From positions 635,949 through 699,948 of the forward strand of contig OZ287698.1 in the NCBI GenBank assembly GCA_965649825.1: 64,000 nt of DNA. The letters run 5' to 3'. Shown one piece after another: positions 25,466 to 38,999 of the stretch. Every line of letters begins with the position of its first letter. Position 1 is the stretch's first letter. Both the position numbers and the translations under genes were made by a program. The DNA is from Penicillus capitatus. Its lineage: Eukaryota; Plantae; Chlorophyta. The notes beneath the pieces were generated by a model. That model did no database searches. It had not been told where the DNA came from and worked only from the letters and a program-made list of their open reading frames with translations.

Positions 25466-26287
25466 ATGAGATGCACTTTCCTTTTGCTTTTCCTTCTTCT
25501 TATCGAAGTAACCCCTTTCCGATGACGAGCTCTTGTGCGATGCCAGTTCGATGTCGGCATGCACAGGAGACGCTGTGTGGTATCGCAAGTTCTTTCTCGA
25601 CCTTCAACTTATCGATCTGTCTCCGTAACTTTCTCTGACCACCTGAATCGCATGCACCGTGTCTTTTGTTTAGCCTGTGACGCGTACTACAGAAAAACGA
25701 ATTGGCCGAAGGGCGACACATTGGATACACCTATCGCAGGAGTCACTTCCGCAGACGAGTGTTGCTCAAAGTGCGAAGACAAAGGCGTGGAAGGTCCAGC
25801 TGTCCCTGCCAGTCCATCGCGATCTTCATGTGCTGCAATTGTCCAGAATGCAAGGCCTTCGTTTTCATTGAGCCTTCCGGGCCTTGCAGCCACAAGAGAC
25901 AACTCAATGATCCCAGCCACTGTCCTTTATGCTCCGGCAAAAATTTCTTAGAGGAGGTCGTTTTCGTTGCCGATAAGCAAGCGACAGAAGTGTTTCATGC
26001 TTTCAGCAACTGGAGGAGAAGTATCGTCCTATGTACGCAATGGATAGATATGGTGGCGATATTCGTCGGGAAGACGGAGTCGAAAGCCCCAACGAATGCG
26101 GCAGACGCTGCGAAAATGAACCTGGTGGTGCTCTTTTTTCTTGTCTGCTGCCTTACGAAAAGCGGCCTTGTTTGCAGACTGCCGAGCTTTTGTATGGAGA
26201 CGAGATCACCATCATTGCTGGCTGAAGAAGGAACTGAACGAAGTCAATGAATGCTCCCCATGCGTTCTGGGTCATCGCCCATGGTGA
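25466..26287 (+). CDS. Secreted protein with two tandem PAN/apple domains (spliced)
   Basis: Signal-like MRCTFLLLFLLLIE. Domain 1: GDTL...VTSADECCSKC / CKAFVF...CSHK. Domain 2: DRYGGDI...VESPNECGRRC / CRAFVW...CWLK. Ends HRPW-TGA. Confidence 0.72.
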
Positions 26288-26494
26288 AAGCAAGTTTGTT
26301 TTGCGTTATGTGAAAACGGGCATGCGATACAGAACAACGCAGAGACCCAGAAGAGCGGGGCAAGCCTGCGAGACAGTCACCTGTCACATCACAAAGACTC
26401 AAGCTAACCGTATTCTCTGTCGTACACAATACTGTATTTTCAAATTGACGAACGAGCGGACAGCTCTTCACAGGTCGTCCATCGCCGTACTCCT

Positions 26495-29400
26495 ATGGGT
26501 TCTCTCGATTCGGGCAATCGCTTTCTGCGCGAACGCGTTGGAGGGGCATCCACATCCATCTCCAGCACTCTGTCCCATAACAATGGCAGTTCCTCAACGA
26601 ACGGCCCACCCCTTTCTGACCGAAGACCCCTAAACAACGCAAAAACAGATGTCATTGCGACGATAGAGACACTTCCCGACAACGTTGTAAAAGTGCGTGT
26701 GTATCTGATTGAATATACTGTGTCATTTCTCTCTCTTCTGCTTACAGTACCTCTTCCGCGTCATCTATGTTTCGATCTTCTTGGCGGCTATGGGCGTTGT
26801 CGCTTTGATGGTGGTCAAGCTCAACTATGCATCACATCTGCGAAGCAACTCGGTGTTGATTTGGAATGTGGTGGCGGCCACTGTTGGTATCGTGACTCTC
26901 AGCTACTGCTTCGGATGTTATCTCAAGCGTCTCTACCTCGTCATATCACAACGCATGAACTGGTACCGCCTCGTATCATTAGCATCTGGAAGCAGGAGAT
27001 CTGATGGTTGTCATGGGGAAGGTCTGATCGAAGACGGAAAGGAGCAACTCTCTTCATCATCGAACTCGTAACACAGGTCTGATGCCATTCTGGATACCTG
27101 CTTGACTCTGAGGTCCTTATTCTTGCAGCTTGCAAATTTGTGCTTCTATCTCGCTCCGAATGTGTATCTCCTGCTGCATGAGTGCGGATGGCATGACACG
27201 TATATCACCTGGATGGGCTTCGGCCGCATGACATGTTGGAATACGGTGAGGGAATTCACTTCAAGGCCTGTTGTGAGGATCTGATGCCCTGCAGTTGTTT
27301 TTCTTGTTTTTGATTATGAGCAGCAATTTCAACGTCGTCAAGGATACATCCAAGACACGTCTCACCCATCCACACTCGTTCAAAGGCATATGTTGGTCTG
27401 CAGGGCGTCCAGATCAGAGACCAGCAGCTGATGTCACCGTCTTCGATCGACCTCTTTACTGTCACGCTCCCAAGGCCCTTTTTTGGTAAGCCGTCGATTT
27501 TGATCACAGATATCCGAGTGTGATCTTGACAACAGGGTTTTGACAGAGTCGCTTTTTCTTGCTATCTCCCTCTACATGCACACCCATCAGGAATCAGATC
27601 CTGGTAAGGCCAAGATCGTCCATAAGTGCTAAACAAACCCCTGGCGACTGTAGATAATGTAAAGCCATGCACAGGCGAAGATTTTTCCTGTGCCCCATCG
27701 ACTGTCGTTGAGAACATGACAGTTGCCGTTGCCTTTGTTTTCATTTCATATTTCCTGGGCACGATCTACTATTTCAGAAAAGGCTTTCAGCATCTCAGCG
27801 AGAAACAATACCTCAACTATAGACTGTCTAACATATTCATCCGGCTTCAAGTATGTGGCCCTTCGAGCGATTCGCTTTAGAGAAGAGCAGTTCTGCTTCT
27901 GTAGGTGCGTTTACAAATGATCGTGCACTGTTTTCTTCTCGTCTCGTTCGCTCTTCTGTGGTTTGTACACGTGGATTCCTGTGCCAGTTTTGTTCTGAGT
28001 TGGCTCGGATTTCTCCCGCCTCAGTTTGCCATGACCGTCATTGTGTGTGTAAAATGCTACCTCTTCATTCCCCTGAAGCCGGCAGAAGAAGATCACGTCC
28101 TTCAGGCACCTCTATCAGCACAGATGCTATCTGACCTTCTAACCGCACGTCTTGTGCAGATGTGGCTGCGAGAGTACTCCTGGTCAGAAGAGGAACTGCC
28201 CAGCATGATTGCACAACGAGGAAACGGATGCTGTACAGACACAGCCCCAATGTTCTGCTTCGAGCGAGCAGTGAAGACGCTTTACTGGTCCACTTTCATC
28301 TACTACTACAAAGAAGTGCATCTTCTGCCCCATACTTCGAAAAACACACCGATGCTCTTCCTTTAGATCAAAGACTCAAAATTCTCTTTGAAGACCGCCA
28401 TGCATCTCTACGATCTGACAGATTACGAGCTGTTTCATGAGAAACTGCATGATACGAAGCTCATGATTGCATGGAATAAAAAAATGGCGCTGTTAGCTTT
28501 CAGAGGAACCTCAAGTCTGAAGAATATTTTTGCCGATCTCCGCATTGCACGCATACTTCATCCACCAATTCGGGGTGGGTTTATGTCACGACCAATGGTC
28601 CACAGAGGATTCCTACAGACCTGGACAAGCAATGGCTTGAACCATCGTGTCATGGAACTTCTTCGGACAATTATGAAGGACACAAAGTTCCCATCTCTGC
28701 CATCATCACAGATGGAGACGCTGTCTGAATGATCTGTAGAGATTTTACGATACTGCTGACGGGACACTCTCTGGGCGGAGCTCTGGCGACACTGGCAGCC
28801 TATGACATTCGTCGCGAACTTAACGTCCCTCGATGCTCTATTGTCTGTTACACCTTCGGAGCCCCAAGAGTAGGAAACTATACCTTTGCTCATGACTACA
28901 ATCAAATGGTTCCAAACACATGGAACATCATCAACGACCAAGTAAAGTTCACAGATCCAGAAGGGATCCGAATGTCGCTGATTGCAGGACTATATTACGA
29001 GAACTATGAAATTGCTGGTGCTGTACAAGCGGCCAGGACAGAGAGTGATTGTCAACAGTCAAGGAGACATGTTGGTTCGGCCATCCTTCATAGAGATGAG
29101 CCTTTCTCGCAGGACAGGAGCAGTAAATATTCTGCATCATTTTCTTGGAAGCTACGAAAAGGCTTTCTTGGCGATCGCACGGACACAGTTTTCAGAAGAC
29201 AGCATCGAAGGGGGTTACGAAGGCATGCTTAAGATTTCCAACACGCTAAAACACGTGAGACATCTTCTTAAGGAGACCTCTTTGTATGAGCGTGCCTACC
29301 TTAGGTACTGGGCGTGTCCCGTTCCAGATTGATCCAGGAACTGAGTTGGGGTAACAGAATTCGGGAGCTCGAGAGAAAGAGACAGCGTGAACAGTCGACA

Positions 29401-29718
29401 CTTCGTTCTGTTTTTTCTTCAGCACAACGGTTGGGTCATCACGTTAGCGATCGATTCACGCAGCAATGGCAGTCCATCGTTCATTTTCTCAAGAGTTATC
29501 GCAAGACGACACAGATGAATGGCCTTGACTTTGACACAACGCGAGTGTGCGGTGGAAGTGCCAGTCAGGTGATCGAGATGGAGCTCACGGAGCATGGAGG
29601 ACTGTCCTACGAGATCGGACATCTTCCCCTCGAAAGTCAACGAACAGAGAGCGAACAGACATGTCATCCAGACTTAGATAGCGTACAAGAGGAAAGAGAT
29701 GCGTCGTCGATGGTTTAG
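26495..29718 (+). CDS. Multi-pass membrane protein with class 3 (fungal-type) lipase domain (spliced)
   Basis: About 7 hydrophobic segments, then LLAFRGTSS, VHRGF, nucleophile motif LTGHSLGGALATL, YTFGAPRVGN, WNIINDQD. Start is tentative. Confidence 0.85.
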
Positions 29719-29760
29719 AGATCATCGGTGAATTCTTTTGTTCGACTGTTTGTCCTGATG

Positions 29761-29765
29761 TGTAA
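29761..29765 (+). promoter_or_regulatory. TGTAA polyadenylation signal for the lipase gene
   Basis: TGTAA 42 nt after the stop codon. Confidence 0.5.
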
Positions 29766-29799
29766 AGCTTAGCTGTTAGAACACACAATATCCCTGTCC

Positions 29800-32700
29800 T
29801 CAAAGACTCGAACGAAATTTCAGAGAAAGCTGGTCAATCGCTGGATTGTTTTCAAAAACGACAGGGCATGAATGCTGCCCGACGATATGCATCGCATTTT
29901 TGAGATCTTCTGTGCAAAGGGTGATGCTTCCGGAGGCAGAGTAGAGAATCACATGTATCTCTTCTGTTGCCGGATCTGGATGCGATGCTGCTGTCCAGTG
30001 CAGCCCCAGTCTCCCTCGGATCATTCTGCTCAAGTGATCGGGTATGACAACCGTAGCGATTTCGGTCAGTGTCCTGGACGCTGCATCGAAGACGTTATTC
30101 TCTCCCGAGAAGCTGATCTGGGTACACAGACTGAGAAGTGGCGGCTGCTGTTCTCGTGCAACGAGGAAAGATACTGGAGAAAGCTGAAGGACGATATCGC
30201 CGACAGCGACATTGTCAAACACCATGGCAGATACAAGATGCATCTTCTGCTGTCTTGCATTGTACTGAATGGTGGACAGCATTGCACAACCGTCGTTTTG
30301 TGGACTCCAGAGGACGTGATCTTTGTACAATGACATGGGTTTCGTGACTTGATACGGTTTGCTGCAGCGATGCCACGAGACATTGGTGTAGACAGCGCTT
30401 TCCAGTGCTGTTTTTAGACATTGGTTGGTCAGTTGGCCATCGGCTTCATCGCCACAGAGGCTGTCTGTCATGATCTCCGATGCCAAGTCTGGCAAATCTG
30501 TCTGCAAGACGATGCAGTAAGCGGCGAGACCATTGACGGACTCCACAAGTAAGACGGGCCATCCCTCTTGCCAATCCACCTCGATCGATGGCCGATGCCT
30601 GTTTTCAAACTGCATTCGGTTTTTTGAAGAAGACAGGTCGCCGTCCTCGACGTCTGCTGACGAGGAATGTCGTGGGTAGCAGACAGCGAATGAATAGACC
30701 GTCGGCATTGCCACCATTCCGACGATCACCATTTCCTTCCGTTGTTTTTCGCCCTCCAGCGACGAGCAGTCGATTCTGAAGATGTACAACGTCGATTGGG
30801 ATTCGCGATCGTCGCCTGAGGGACAACCCTTCCGATGAATGCAGATCGATCGTTTAGATCACCTGGATAGCTGATATGCAGGAGAACATAACTCTCCCAG
30901 TTCTCTGCCGGGATGATGCCAGACTTATCCACTCCTGGCAGTTTGACACATATCATATCGTTGACATGTCCTTCCGGTATCGTCGTGGATGTCAACGGAT
31001 GAAGAGACAGAGATTCCACGAGATGGAGTCTTGTACCATGTGACGTAGACGTATCTGTGATGACGACGAGAGAGGCGCTCTCCTCATGCCACAAACTCTT
31101 TCGTGGCGTTTCCTCTAAGCAGAGCGTTAAGAGGGGTTGACAACAATGACAGGGGTCAGACCCATTTCGATGGTGGTCCATCTGAGGCGATGTCGGTATT
31201 CCAATTGTCCAACGTGCAGCTCTCCCATGCTGTTTGTCCATGCAATGGCATTGGGAAGTGCTTCGAGGTTGAGCCAAACGAGTGATTGACATCCGTATCG
31301 TCCAAGGAATAATCGTCGACAGGAGATGTGTTCTTTGCCATCTGTTTGATGCCGTTCCAACACAGCCGCCTTTTCGCAGTAGGCCAACAGCTTCCCTGGC
31401 AAAACGGCCGTGAGTCGATGCAACCTCTTTTTGGATCGTGGAGAGCGTGACCATTGTTGAGCATGATCATTTTGACATCTGTTCTGCCGATCTGGATGGT
31501 GGAGATACCGCCGTCGAAATCGATCGATCTTCGATGTTCATCAAAAATCCACGACATCGAAGCGATCGATCCGGCGCTGGTTCCGACCAGAAGAGTACCC
31601 TTGACAGCAGTTGATGGCAGGATGGCCATGGAACGCGACTGCAACTGCAGGAGTGATGTTTCGGCGATGGGCTGAAGGGTGCTACTGTCCAGAATCTTGA
31701 TCGCATTGCTGAGCCATTCTCCGACAAACAGCCATTCAACACCACCAATGTTGAAAAACTCCATGGCGCTGATCTGTTCTGACGTCTCCTTCTTTCTCAC
31801 GAAGCTCAAAGATCGAGGGCCCCATTCTAAGAGACAAATGCTGTATCCTGAAGACAAGGCCAAACGGCCATCTCCACAAGAGGCGTTAGAAATGAAGCCT
31901 GTAGGAGAAGGACTGAAGTAAGCCGCACGTCAGTAACTGTTCTACCTGGTGGCGTCCAGTGAAGACGTTGCGAATCTAAGATGTCAATCAAGGAGACATT
32001 TCTGGCAGTGACATGCAGCCATTGACGATCGGACACTGCTTTGATGAGCACGGTCGATCCTTCACTGGAAAACAGTGGCAATTCGACAGATGTGAAGAGG
32101 GCGTCTTTGATCGACAGGAGCTGCGAACTCTGGTGATGATCGCAGGACAGACACAAAAATGAAGGACTGGCATCTTCGGAGCGCTCCTTTAAAGAGAGGA
32201 GACGAACACCTGTCTTTTGCAGACAGCACTAGGCAAACAGAGAATGCGATGGAAAGCATCTTACTGGCAAGCTGGCATAAGCCTTGGACACGAAGGTCAC
32301 TCCATATGCCAATTCGCATTTCTTCAATGTTCCCAGCGGATATTCGCCACAACACGCCACCAGCTGAAGATCTCCTGTCAACAGAAGAGTGATGCACATT
32401 TTTCTGCCCTTTGATGACCTGATGGATCTCTTATCGATTCTAAATGATGCAGTGGTGCCAGTTGGTCAATCATCACACGACTCTTCAGCTGTTTCCATTT
32501 CACCAGACGTGTCTCCGTGCATGCGTTGGAGGTCGACAGCATTAGAGACGGTCCGTGTGTGCTGCCCACAAAGACAAGACCTTCTTGCAGGGTTGATGCT
32601 TGCTGCAATAGACAGAGAGAGACAGGCAATGCCGTGAATGGTGTCACATCAAGAGCGAACCAACTTCCATGAGCAACATCGGCAACGTAGTAACCTACAA

Positions 32701-33775
32701 GTCACTGTGTGTTGTTTCTGAAGAGCAATGTGTGCAACAACGAGCATCCGATGTGCCGATCATCCACACGTCTTTTTCGATAGCTGCTGCGCAGGTGGGC
32801 TGACCCTCTGTTTCCCAGAGAAGGACGCTCTGAATCTGTGGATCGCTGCCTTCAAAGTAAAGCACTTCGATCCTGTGGCGTCCCACTGCCCAACAGACGC
32901 GGTCGACATCGTCTGATTTCAGCAGCAACGATGTCTCTCCATCTCCACAGCTGCCGGAAAACAGAACCTATGATCGTATCGGAGATGTCGAGAGGATGGC
33001 ATACTTGATGGTGAAGAGAGTGCCTTCGATACGGTAGGTTTCAGAATTCACCATCAATGCTCTAATGACGGCCGATTTCTGGCCGGTCAGGGGATCACAT
33101 CCCTGTATCAAAACGCAGAGCAGCAACGACTCTTGGTGGTATTTGAGGAAGACCATTCCTCCGTTGTCTGCCTTCTCCACGAAAGAGTGGCCTAAATTCA
33201 AACGCTCAGATCACTCTATCCGTCATCTCTTCCCGCACACAGTTTCCTTCGTGGGCACCCGGAAGCAAGAGATCTGACTCGGCTGCGTAGATGCACACGG
33301 CATCGATCGAACGGGCGCTGCCCATATTTATTTCCATACAGACACAGCGTATCCAGGAGCTTGAAAACTGAAAGGCCACCATAATGGATGTGAGATCTGG
33401 TGTGTTGGATAGCTGATAGAGAGCACTGCATTTGATATCTCCTTCCACATTTCCTCGTGCCCACTCCACAGATGCATTATTCTCAAACCCTATTTCTGCT
33501 TTCCATGTCACTAACGACAGGGCGTCGTCTTCTGTATAGACCAGGAACAGAATTGTGTCCTTCGTGAGAAGAGGAATCGTTTGAGCATATCGAACAGTGC
33601 GTTCGTTCTCGAGCTTTGCTTCCACATGCAGCACGCCTTCACGAACGGTGCAGATTTCGACGTTGTGGCCTTTGTTGAGCACAAGGTATGGATGCTGTGC
33701 CGTCGTGATCGACGCAACCGACGATTGGAAGACGCGTTGGGCGTCATGGATGGAGAAGCACGAGCATTCCGGCAT
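29800..33775 (-). CDS. Divergent DDB1/CPSF160/SF3B3-family beta-propeller protein (spliced)
   Basis: Segments follow DDB1 order: YLVLNKGHNVEI, ILFLVYTED, LVFVGSTHGPSLML, LFVGEW.SNAIKIL, RSMAIL...LLVGTSAGSI, IQIGRT.VKM, DRWHLVTI. Length is about 1100 aa after introns. Confidence 0.65.
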
Positions 33776-33893
33776 TCTCACTCGTCGCTGACGACGACCA
33801 TCCAAATCACAAATGCCATCCATCCATGCATCCACATTCATTTACTCCCGACGCGCCTTCATTCATTTGGCGGCTTGCGACGTCGACGGCGTC

Positions 33894-34647
33894 ATGGTGA
33901 TCAAGTAACACGCGGCGATGCCACGGGAGAGGACACGGCATGCGGCTGTGTGTTTAGGACACAAACGTGTCGTTACAGTGGCTTGCGGGTCTATCCTGGA
34001 AAGGGGATTATCTTTATTCGATCCGATGGACAGGTCTGTGTCAGATAGCGCGTTTCGATTTTGGCAAAGATGTCTGTGGGCGTTCAGCAATTTCTCTTTC
34101 TGAGCCACAAGATCCGATCGTATTTTCATCAGAGACTCCGTCCTCAGAAGATTGCATGGACGACCGCGTATAGGAAAGCCCACAAAAAAGTGAGAGAATC
34201 GAAGAAAAGTGTGAGAGAGAGTGCGTTGTGGCCGTTGTTGTTGTCTCTTAGGATCAAACGGCGCACATTGTCCGCAAGAGAAAAACAGTTCAGCGAAAAC
34301 CGGCTGTCCGTTCTATCGCCGGTGCCAGTTTAGAGGTACCTCCCCTGACGATTGGCAGCTCGGACGGCAAGGAGATGTGCCATTAGATTATCCAAAAGAA
34401 GCGAAATGAACAGCCAGAAGTTCGCAAAGCCTCCAGAGAAGCCGCCTTGCGGTGCCCCTCTCTTTGACCAGATCGCTGTCGTCATCCCATTCGATCGCGT
34501 GTTCGTCTGTTTAGCGAAGTGAAAGAAAGGATGAAGAAGAAACAGGGGGCGTCCTATTCCAAAGGCGGACAAGCTGCCAAAGGACAAGCAAGCAAATACG
34601 GAAAAGGCACATCGAAGCCCATGGCCCGTACAGGAGCCAGAAAATAA
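33894..34647 (+). CDS. RPL24: 60S ribosomal protein L24 (eL24), spliced
   Basis: MVIK/TQTCRYSGLRVYPGKG..FIRSDGQ, RPQKIAWTTAYRKAHKK, RSIAGASLE, RKASREAALR, Lys-rich tail to TAA at 34645-34647. Confidence 0.96.
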
Positions 34648-34751
34648 GCAAGAGACATATGCCGCGAGCATACGGACGGACATCTGTTGCTGACCTCTGA
34701 ATGGCATTCTCATTAAAAATGCTTCGCCTCATGAATGGGTGTCATACATTG

Positions 34752-35932
34752 TCAGGAGGAGTCTTTGAAAGTCGACGATGTCTGGGTCACAGGGATGAAA
34801 TGTTTTTTAGATGGATCGATTAGACATTCATCGGATAACATATCTTCCATCTCAAGCATCTGAAATACCGGCACCTCTTTGCAGAATTCCGCCTACGATG
34901 CACAGACGTATCACATTTCTGCTGTTTCTCGACGAGCATCCATCCCGTACCTGAATTTCCTCTTTTGTCAGGAACGGCTTTCGAAACGTTGATGTGAATT
35001 CCTATTGACAGAAAATCGACGATAGGCGCAGCGAGCATTCTTACCCCGATGCGATCGACAGCTTCATTTGGAGGACCTCTCGCCACGGCTACCCAATGGG
35101 AATCCTGAAGCGCATGGAGATGAAACGCCCATCTGTACAGGACACAGGAGATGGGAAGGGAGGATGACAAGATAGTCCGATGGAGAACGTGTCTTGTCGG
35201 ATGCCATGTAGTCGGAGATGTGGTGCATTGTTCCACAGATTTCCTCCAAAGTCAAACTCTGCATTTCTCAATCCAAATGCGATACCGTCGCCTCTCGCTT
35301 TCACAAAGGCCTCTTTCAATGCCCAGTGTCGCTGAAACAAGACATCGAGTTCCTTGTCGGACCCTGTACTGTCCCTCATGGCTTGCAGCTGTCACATCAT
35401 TCCATGCCAACTGCCGTCGGTCTATCGAGAGAGGGACGATCTGTCACCTCAAAAGGAGTGAGCGTTTTTCGAAAGAGACGTCGATCGATGCCCATCGGCC
35501 GATCGGGTCGTCGAATGGCTTGAGGTGCCGAGACATCGACTCCGCAGAGGCAGAGAGGTTCGCTGACAAGCACCACAAAGTACCCCTGAAGCCATGTCCC
35601 ATCATCACTTCTCCAGGCAGCCAACGACTCGGGCAGACTTCATGGGCCACATTGAAGTTGAAATTTGGCAGAGATGGCGAAGCAAGGGGACTAGCGAGAA
35701 ATGGTTTTTTGCCATGGGTTCTGCGAATGCGGATATCTGAGTAGGGAATGCCCGTGACGCGATGGATCGCCTGTCGCTGAAGTAGGCGACTGAGAAAAGC
35801 GCGTTTTTGGTCGATTCGATGCCGAAATGCATGACAGGATTGGCGCTCGACGAGAGGAAGGCAATGCAAACACCGTTCAAAATCTGACGGACTTGGATTC
35901 CATACGCGCACATCGATGCACCATCGAAGCAT
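34752..35932 (-). CDS. AASDHPPT: Sfp/AASDHPPT-type 4'-phosphopantetheinyl transferase (spliced)
   Basis: D.KRAFLSRLLQR, RTHGKKPFL, NFNFNVAHE/G, CGVDV, FQRHWALKEAFVKARGDGI motifs. Confidence 0.92.
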
Positions 35933-35957
35933 TGCGCGACGTTTTGGCACAGAAACG

Positions 35958-36795
35958 ATGCTCGAGATCCCTGTGCTCGTCTGCTGCGTTGCCCTTCTGT
36001 TCTTTCACATATCGGAAGCGATCTTAGCCCTGTGGACAATGGGAGACCCTTTCTCGGCAAGATGTACCTGTCTCGCCTCCATCACCGAGAGACCCAATCC
36101 TGTCTGCCTGTTTAGCATTTCTGATCACCTGGCCTTACGCATCCATGCTCATACTCACTGCCATCGAGTACACAATGCTGCCGCACGTCACATCAAGCAT
36201 CGGAAAAAGTGTGACCAGCAAGCCACGATACCCCACGTGCATGATGTGACTGAGGGATTAGCTTGTGCCGAACGCGTGGGAATGGTGCTGGTTGTGATGG
36301 GACAGCTCATTCGTCTGATCGCCATTGTGCGTCGTCGCGGACGTCTTTGAGATCGATGGACGATGTGCTGTGATGCAGTTTACCTGTGGGAAGAGTTTTA
36401 CACATCAGCTTCGACGGCATGTTGCCGAGGATCATGTTCTGATCCAGCATGGCATCTACAAGTGTCGTTTTCACTATGATCAAGTGTTAGCAGAAAGAGT
36501 GAGGCGCATGTCTTGCTGTCTGTCTGTTAGGTATTGTCGGCATCCCTCGTATCTTGGCTGGTACATATGGGGCATTGGCATCCAACTCACGCTCACGAAT
36601 CCCATTTGTCTCACACTCACATGCGTTACCGTACTCCCCACAAAACTTTACAATGATCAAGGAGAAGGCTGATAGGGATGGTTCTTCCTTCAACGACGGG
36701 TCCGAGCGGAGGAGAGATTATTAGCGTCCATATTCGAAACAGATTATGCCGTGTATTCAAACAGGACCCCTTCTGGATTGCCATTTGTCCCATGA
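35958..36795 (+). CDS. ICMT: Protein-S-isoprenylcysteine O-methyltransferase (spliced)
   Basis: FFHISE, GQLIRLIA, GKSFTH...HVLIQHGIY, RHPSYLGWYIW.IG.QL.L.NPIC, last exon RVRAEERLL..IF..DY..Y...TPSGLPFV. Confidence 0.93.
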
Positions 36796-36983
36796 AATGT
36801 CAAAGGCAGCAGCGCCAAATGAAAGAAGGCAGCATGCGTTCCCATTGCAAGATAGTGAACACGTCTGATTAGCAGCAGCATTGAATGGACAGCGGGCCAT
36901 GGAACGCCTAATCCCTATTAACAAATAATCAGCGAAGGTGCACGTGACCAGATCAGAAAGGCAATTCTCGATCTACTAGGCCA

Positions 36984-38856
36984 TTATGACTGGAACATTA
37001 CATAGACCACAACATACATGAGATTTCTCAGACTCTCTTGAATCTTCATGACAGCTGTGCCGGAATCCAGGTCCAGGTCGCCAGCCAGACTCTGTGCCTT
37101 TTGACCCACTGATCCGTCTTGAAGATTCTCGTCGTAAGCGTTACCCACTCCAAGAATGGCACCAACGAAACTGCCCGTTACAGTCTCGATGTTGTGCATC
37201 AGTCGAATGGCGAAGCTTCGGAGTAACCAGCCAACTGCTTCGCTGCTGGATGGCCATGTTAACTTTGAAGGGGAATCAGGAGACAGGGTCCGTTCACGGG
37301 CAAGTTCCAGGAGACAATGAATGCACCGCATGGAAAGCATGGCAATTTGATGAACACCCTCTTCGTGGATTAACTCCACGCTGTGCTTCCCATGAAGGAC
37401 GGCAGAATCCAATTCCACATACAATTCAGCACATCGTGAAGTCTGTGGTGTCATTGGAATGTAGGATGCACTACCAAGAACGTTCACTGGATTGGCCACC
37501 CTACACCATACCATACACCCATACACACCCTTCCTTGCATCAAAGACATCTCTTACAGATTTGCAATCTCCAGGACAGATGAACGTTCCTTCTGTGCAAC
37601 TGTTGTCAGGCACTGTCCAACGAATAGATCGATGGGAACGTAGAGATATGCCAAGCAATCATCGACGCTTCGATCGGGGCCTTCTTCGTCGCTCTCTGAA
37701 GGCGAACCCACCACATCAAAGATCGGCCATAAGCGTTCGATCAGCCCATCTAATTTGCTCTTGTCTTCCTCTGTAACACGTATGGACGGCACTCAGCATC
37801 GTGGGTGGCTGTCGGTAGAGAGGGGGCTGACCAGAAAGTCGAGTTCTGAGTTTGTTGAGGTTTTTTGCATAGTCGTTGCAAAGAGATTCCAATTCTTCGT
37901 ACAGATCTTGGCCTCCACACAAATTGAAGGAGCTATCGTACGAAGGGACAGGCGCCGTGGATGCGTGGCCTGTTGCAATTCTTGTGGAGACGGCCGAGTC
38001 TTCCGTAGAATTCTTCTTCTCTTTCTCGTTCTGGGCATGACTTTGTGCCACTTCAAATAAAGCAGTTCCTGATTTCACGTCACTTGAGCTACGCATGGTA
38101 CTCGCTAACTCGCGAGCAGCACTTGAAGTCGCTCTCTCAACCGTTATCGCCAAATTGTACAATCCACGATTGAGCGTTGTGGTGAGGGTATCAAAGAAAT
38201 TACTGAAAGGACTCTTGTTCCTTTGTTGATCTTGTTGACCCTGATGAACAAACACACAAACAACAACAGATCATGGGAGCCCCGTTTGAATAAAGCAGTC
38301 AGGCGCGTACGTCTTCTTCTCCTTCTTGGCGCGTGATTATTTTTGGAAGCGCTTGTTCGCTGTAAGGACTGTTTTGCCAAACGTCCTCCGAAAGAGCACT
38401 GTAGGCGCCGGATGTGGCCGTGAGAGATTCTTCATGACTTCCCATATAATAACTCAAATCGCTCGATTCTCGTCCAGGATGCACAAAAAGTGTGCCTCTG
38501 GGCCTGCCGTAAAGCTGTCCATCGTAGAAACCAGAACGGCTCAAAGAACACCGGCCATTGAGGCAGTTTTCCCTTGGCGCCGGCAGAATCTTCTGTTTCC
38601 CTTCCCAATTATCGAGAGTCGGCTCCGACGAGGTTCGTATCGGAGAGAGTCTGGGTAAGTCGGAGTCGTCACTTTGCCCGCTTTCCAGAAGTGCTGGTCT
38701 TCCCTTCGGACCTTTGCTAAACGCAGAAGGTTCTTTCTTAGGCGTATCGCTGTTATTGTGGATATCGCTCGAATCTTCATATTCTCCAGGCGCTGCGCGA
38801 AAAGGAAACGAACCGTTCCGCGTTAAGTTGGTGGCGTTGTTCGTCGACGAAGGCAT
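36984..38856 (-). CDS. Conserved hypothetical protein: low-complexity N-terminus and helical C-terminal domain, reminiscent of plant At2g15860-type proteins (spliced)
   Basis: Consecutive minus-strand exons with coding-like composition; C-terminus LTWP...DSGTAVMKIQESL..LMYVV recalled as similar to a plant family. Family call is tentative. Confidence 0.6.
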
Positions 38857-38999
38857 CTGGCTACCTTAAGAACGGTGCATTGCATGAAAGGAATGACGAG
38901 AAGCGATGCAAAAAAGAAGAATAGATGAAGTTCTGCGCGATAAAACGAACGGCAAAGAACTGCAGGAGCGCGTTGGGCAATCTTTTTGATCCGAGGCCA

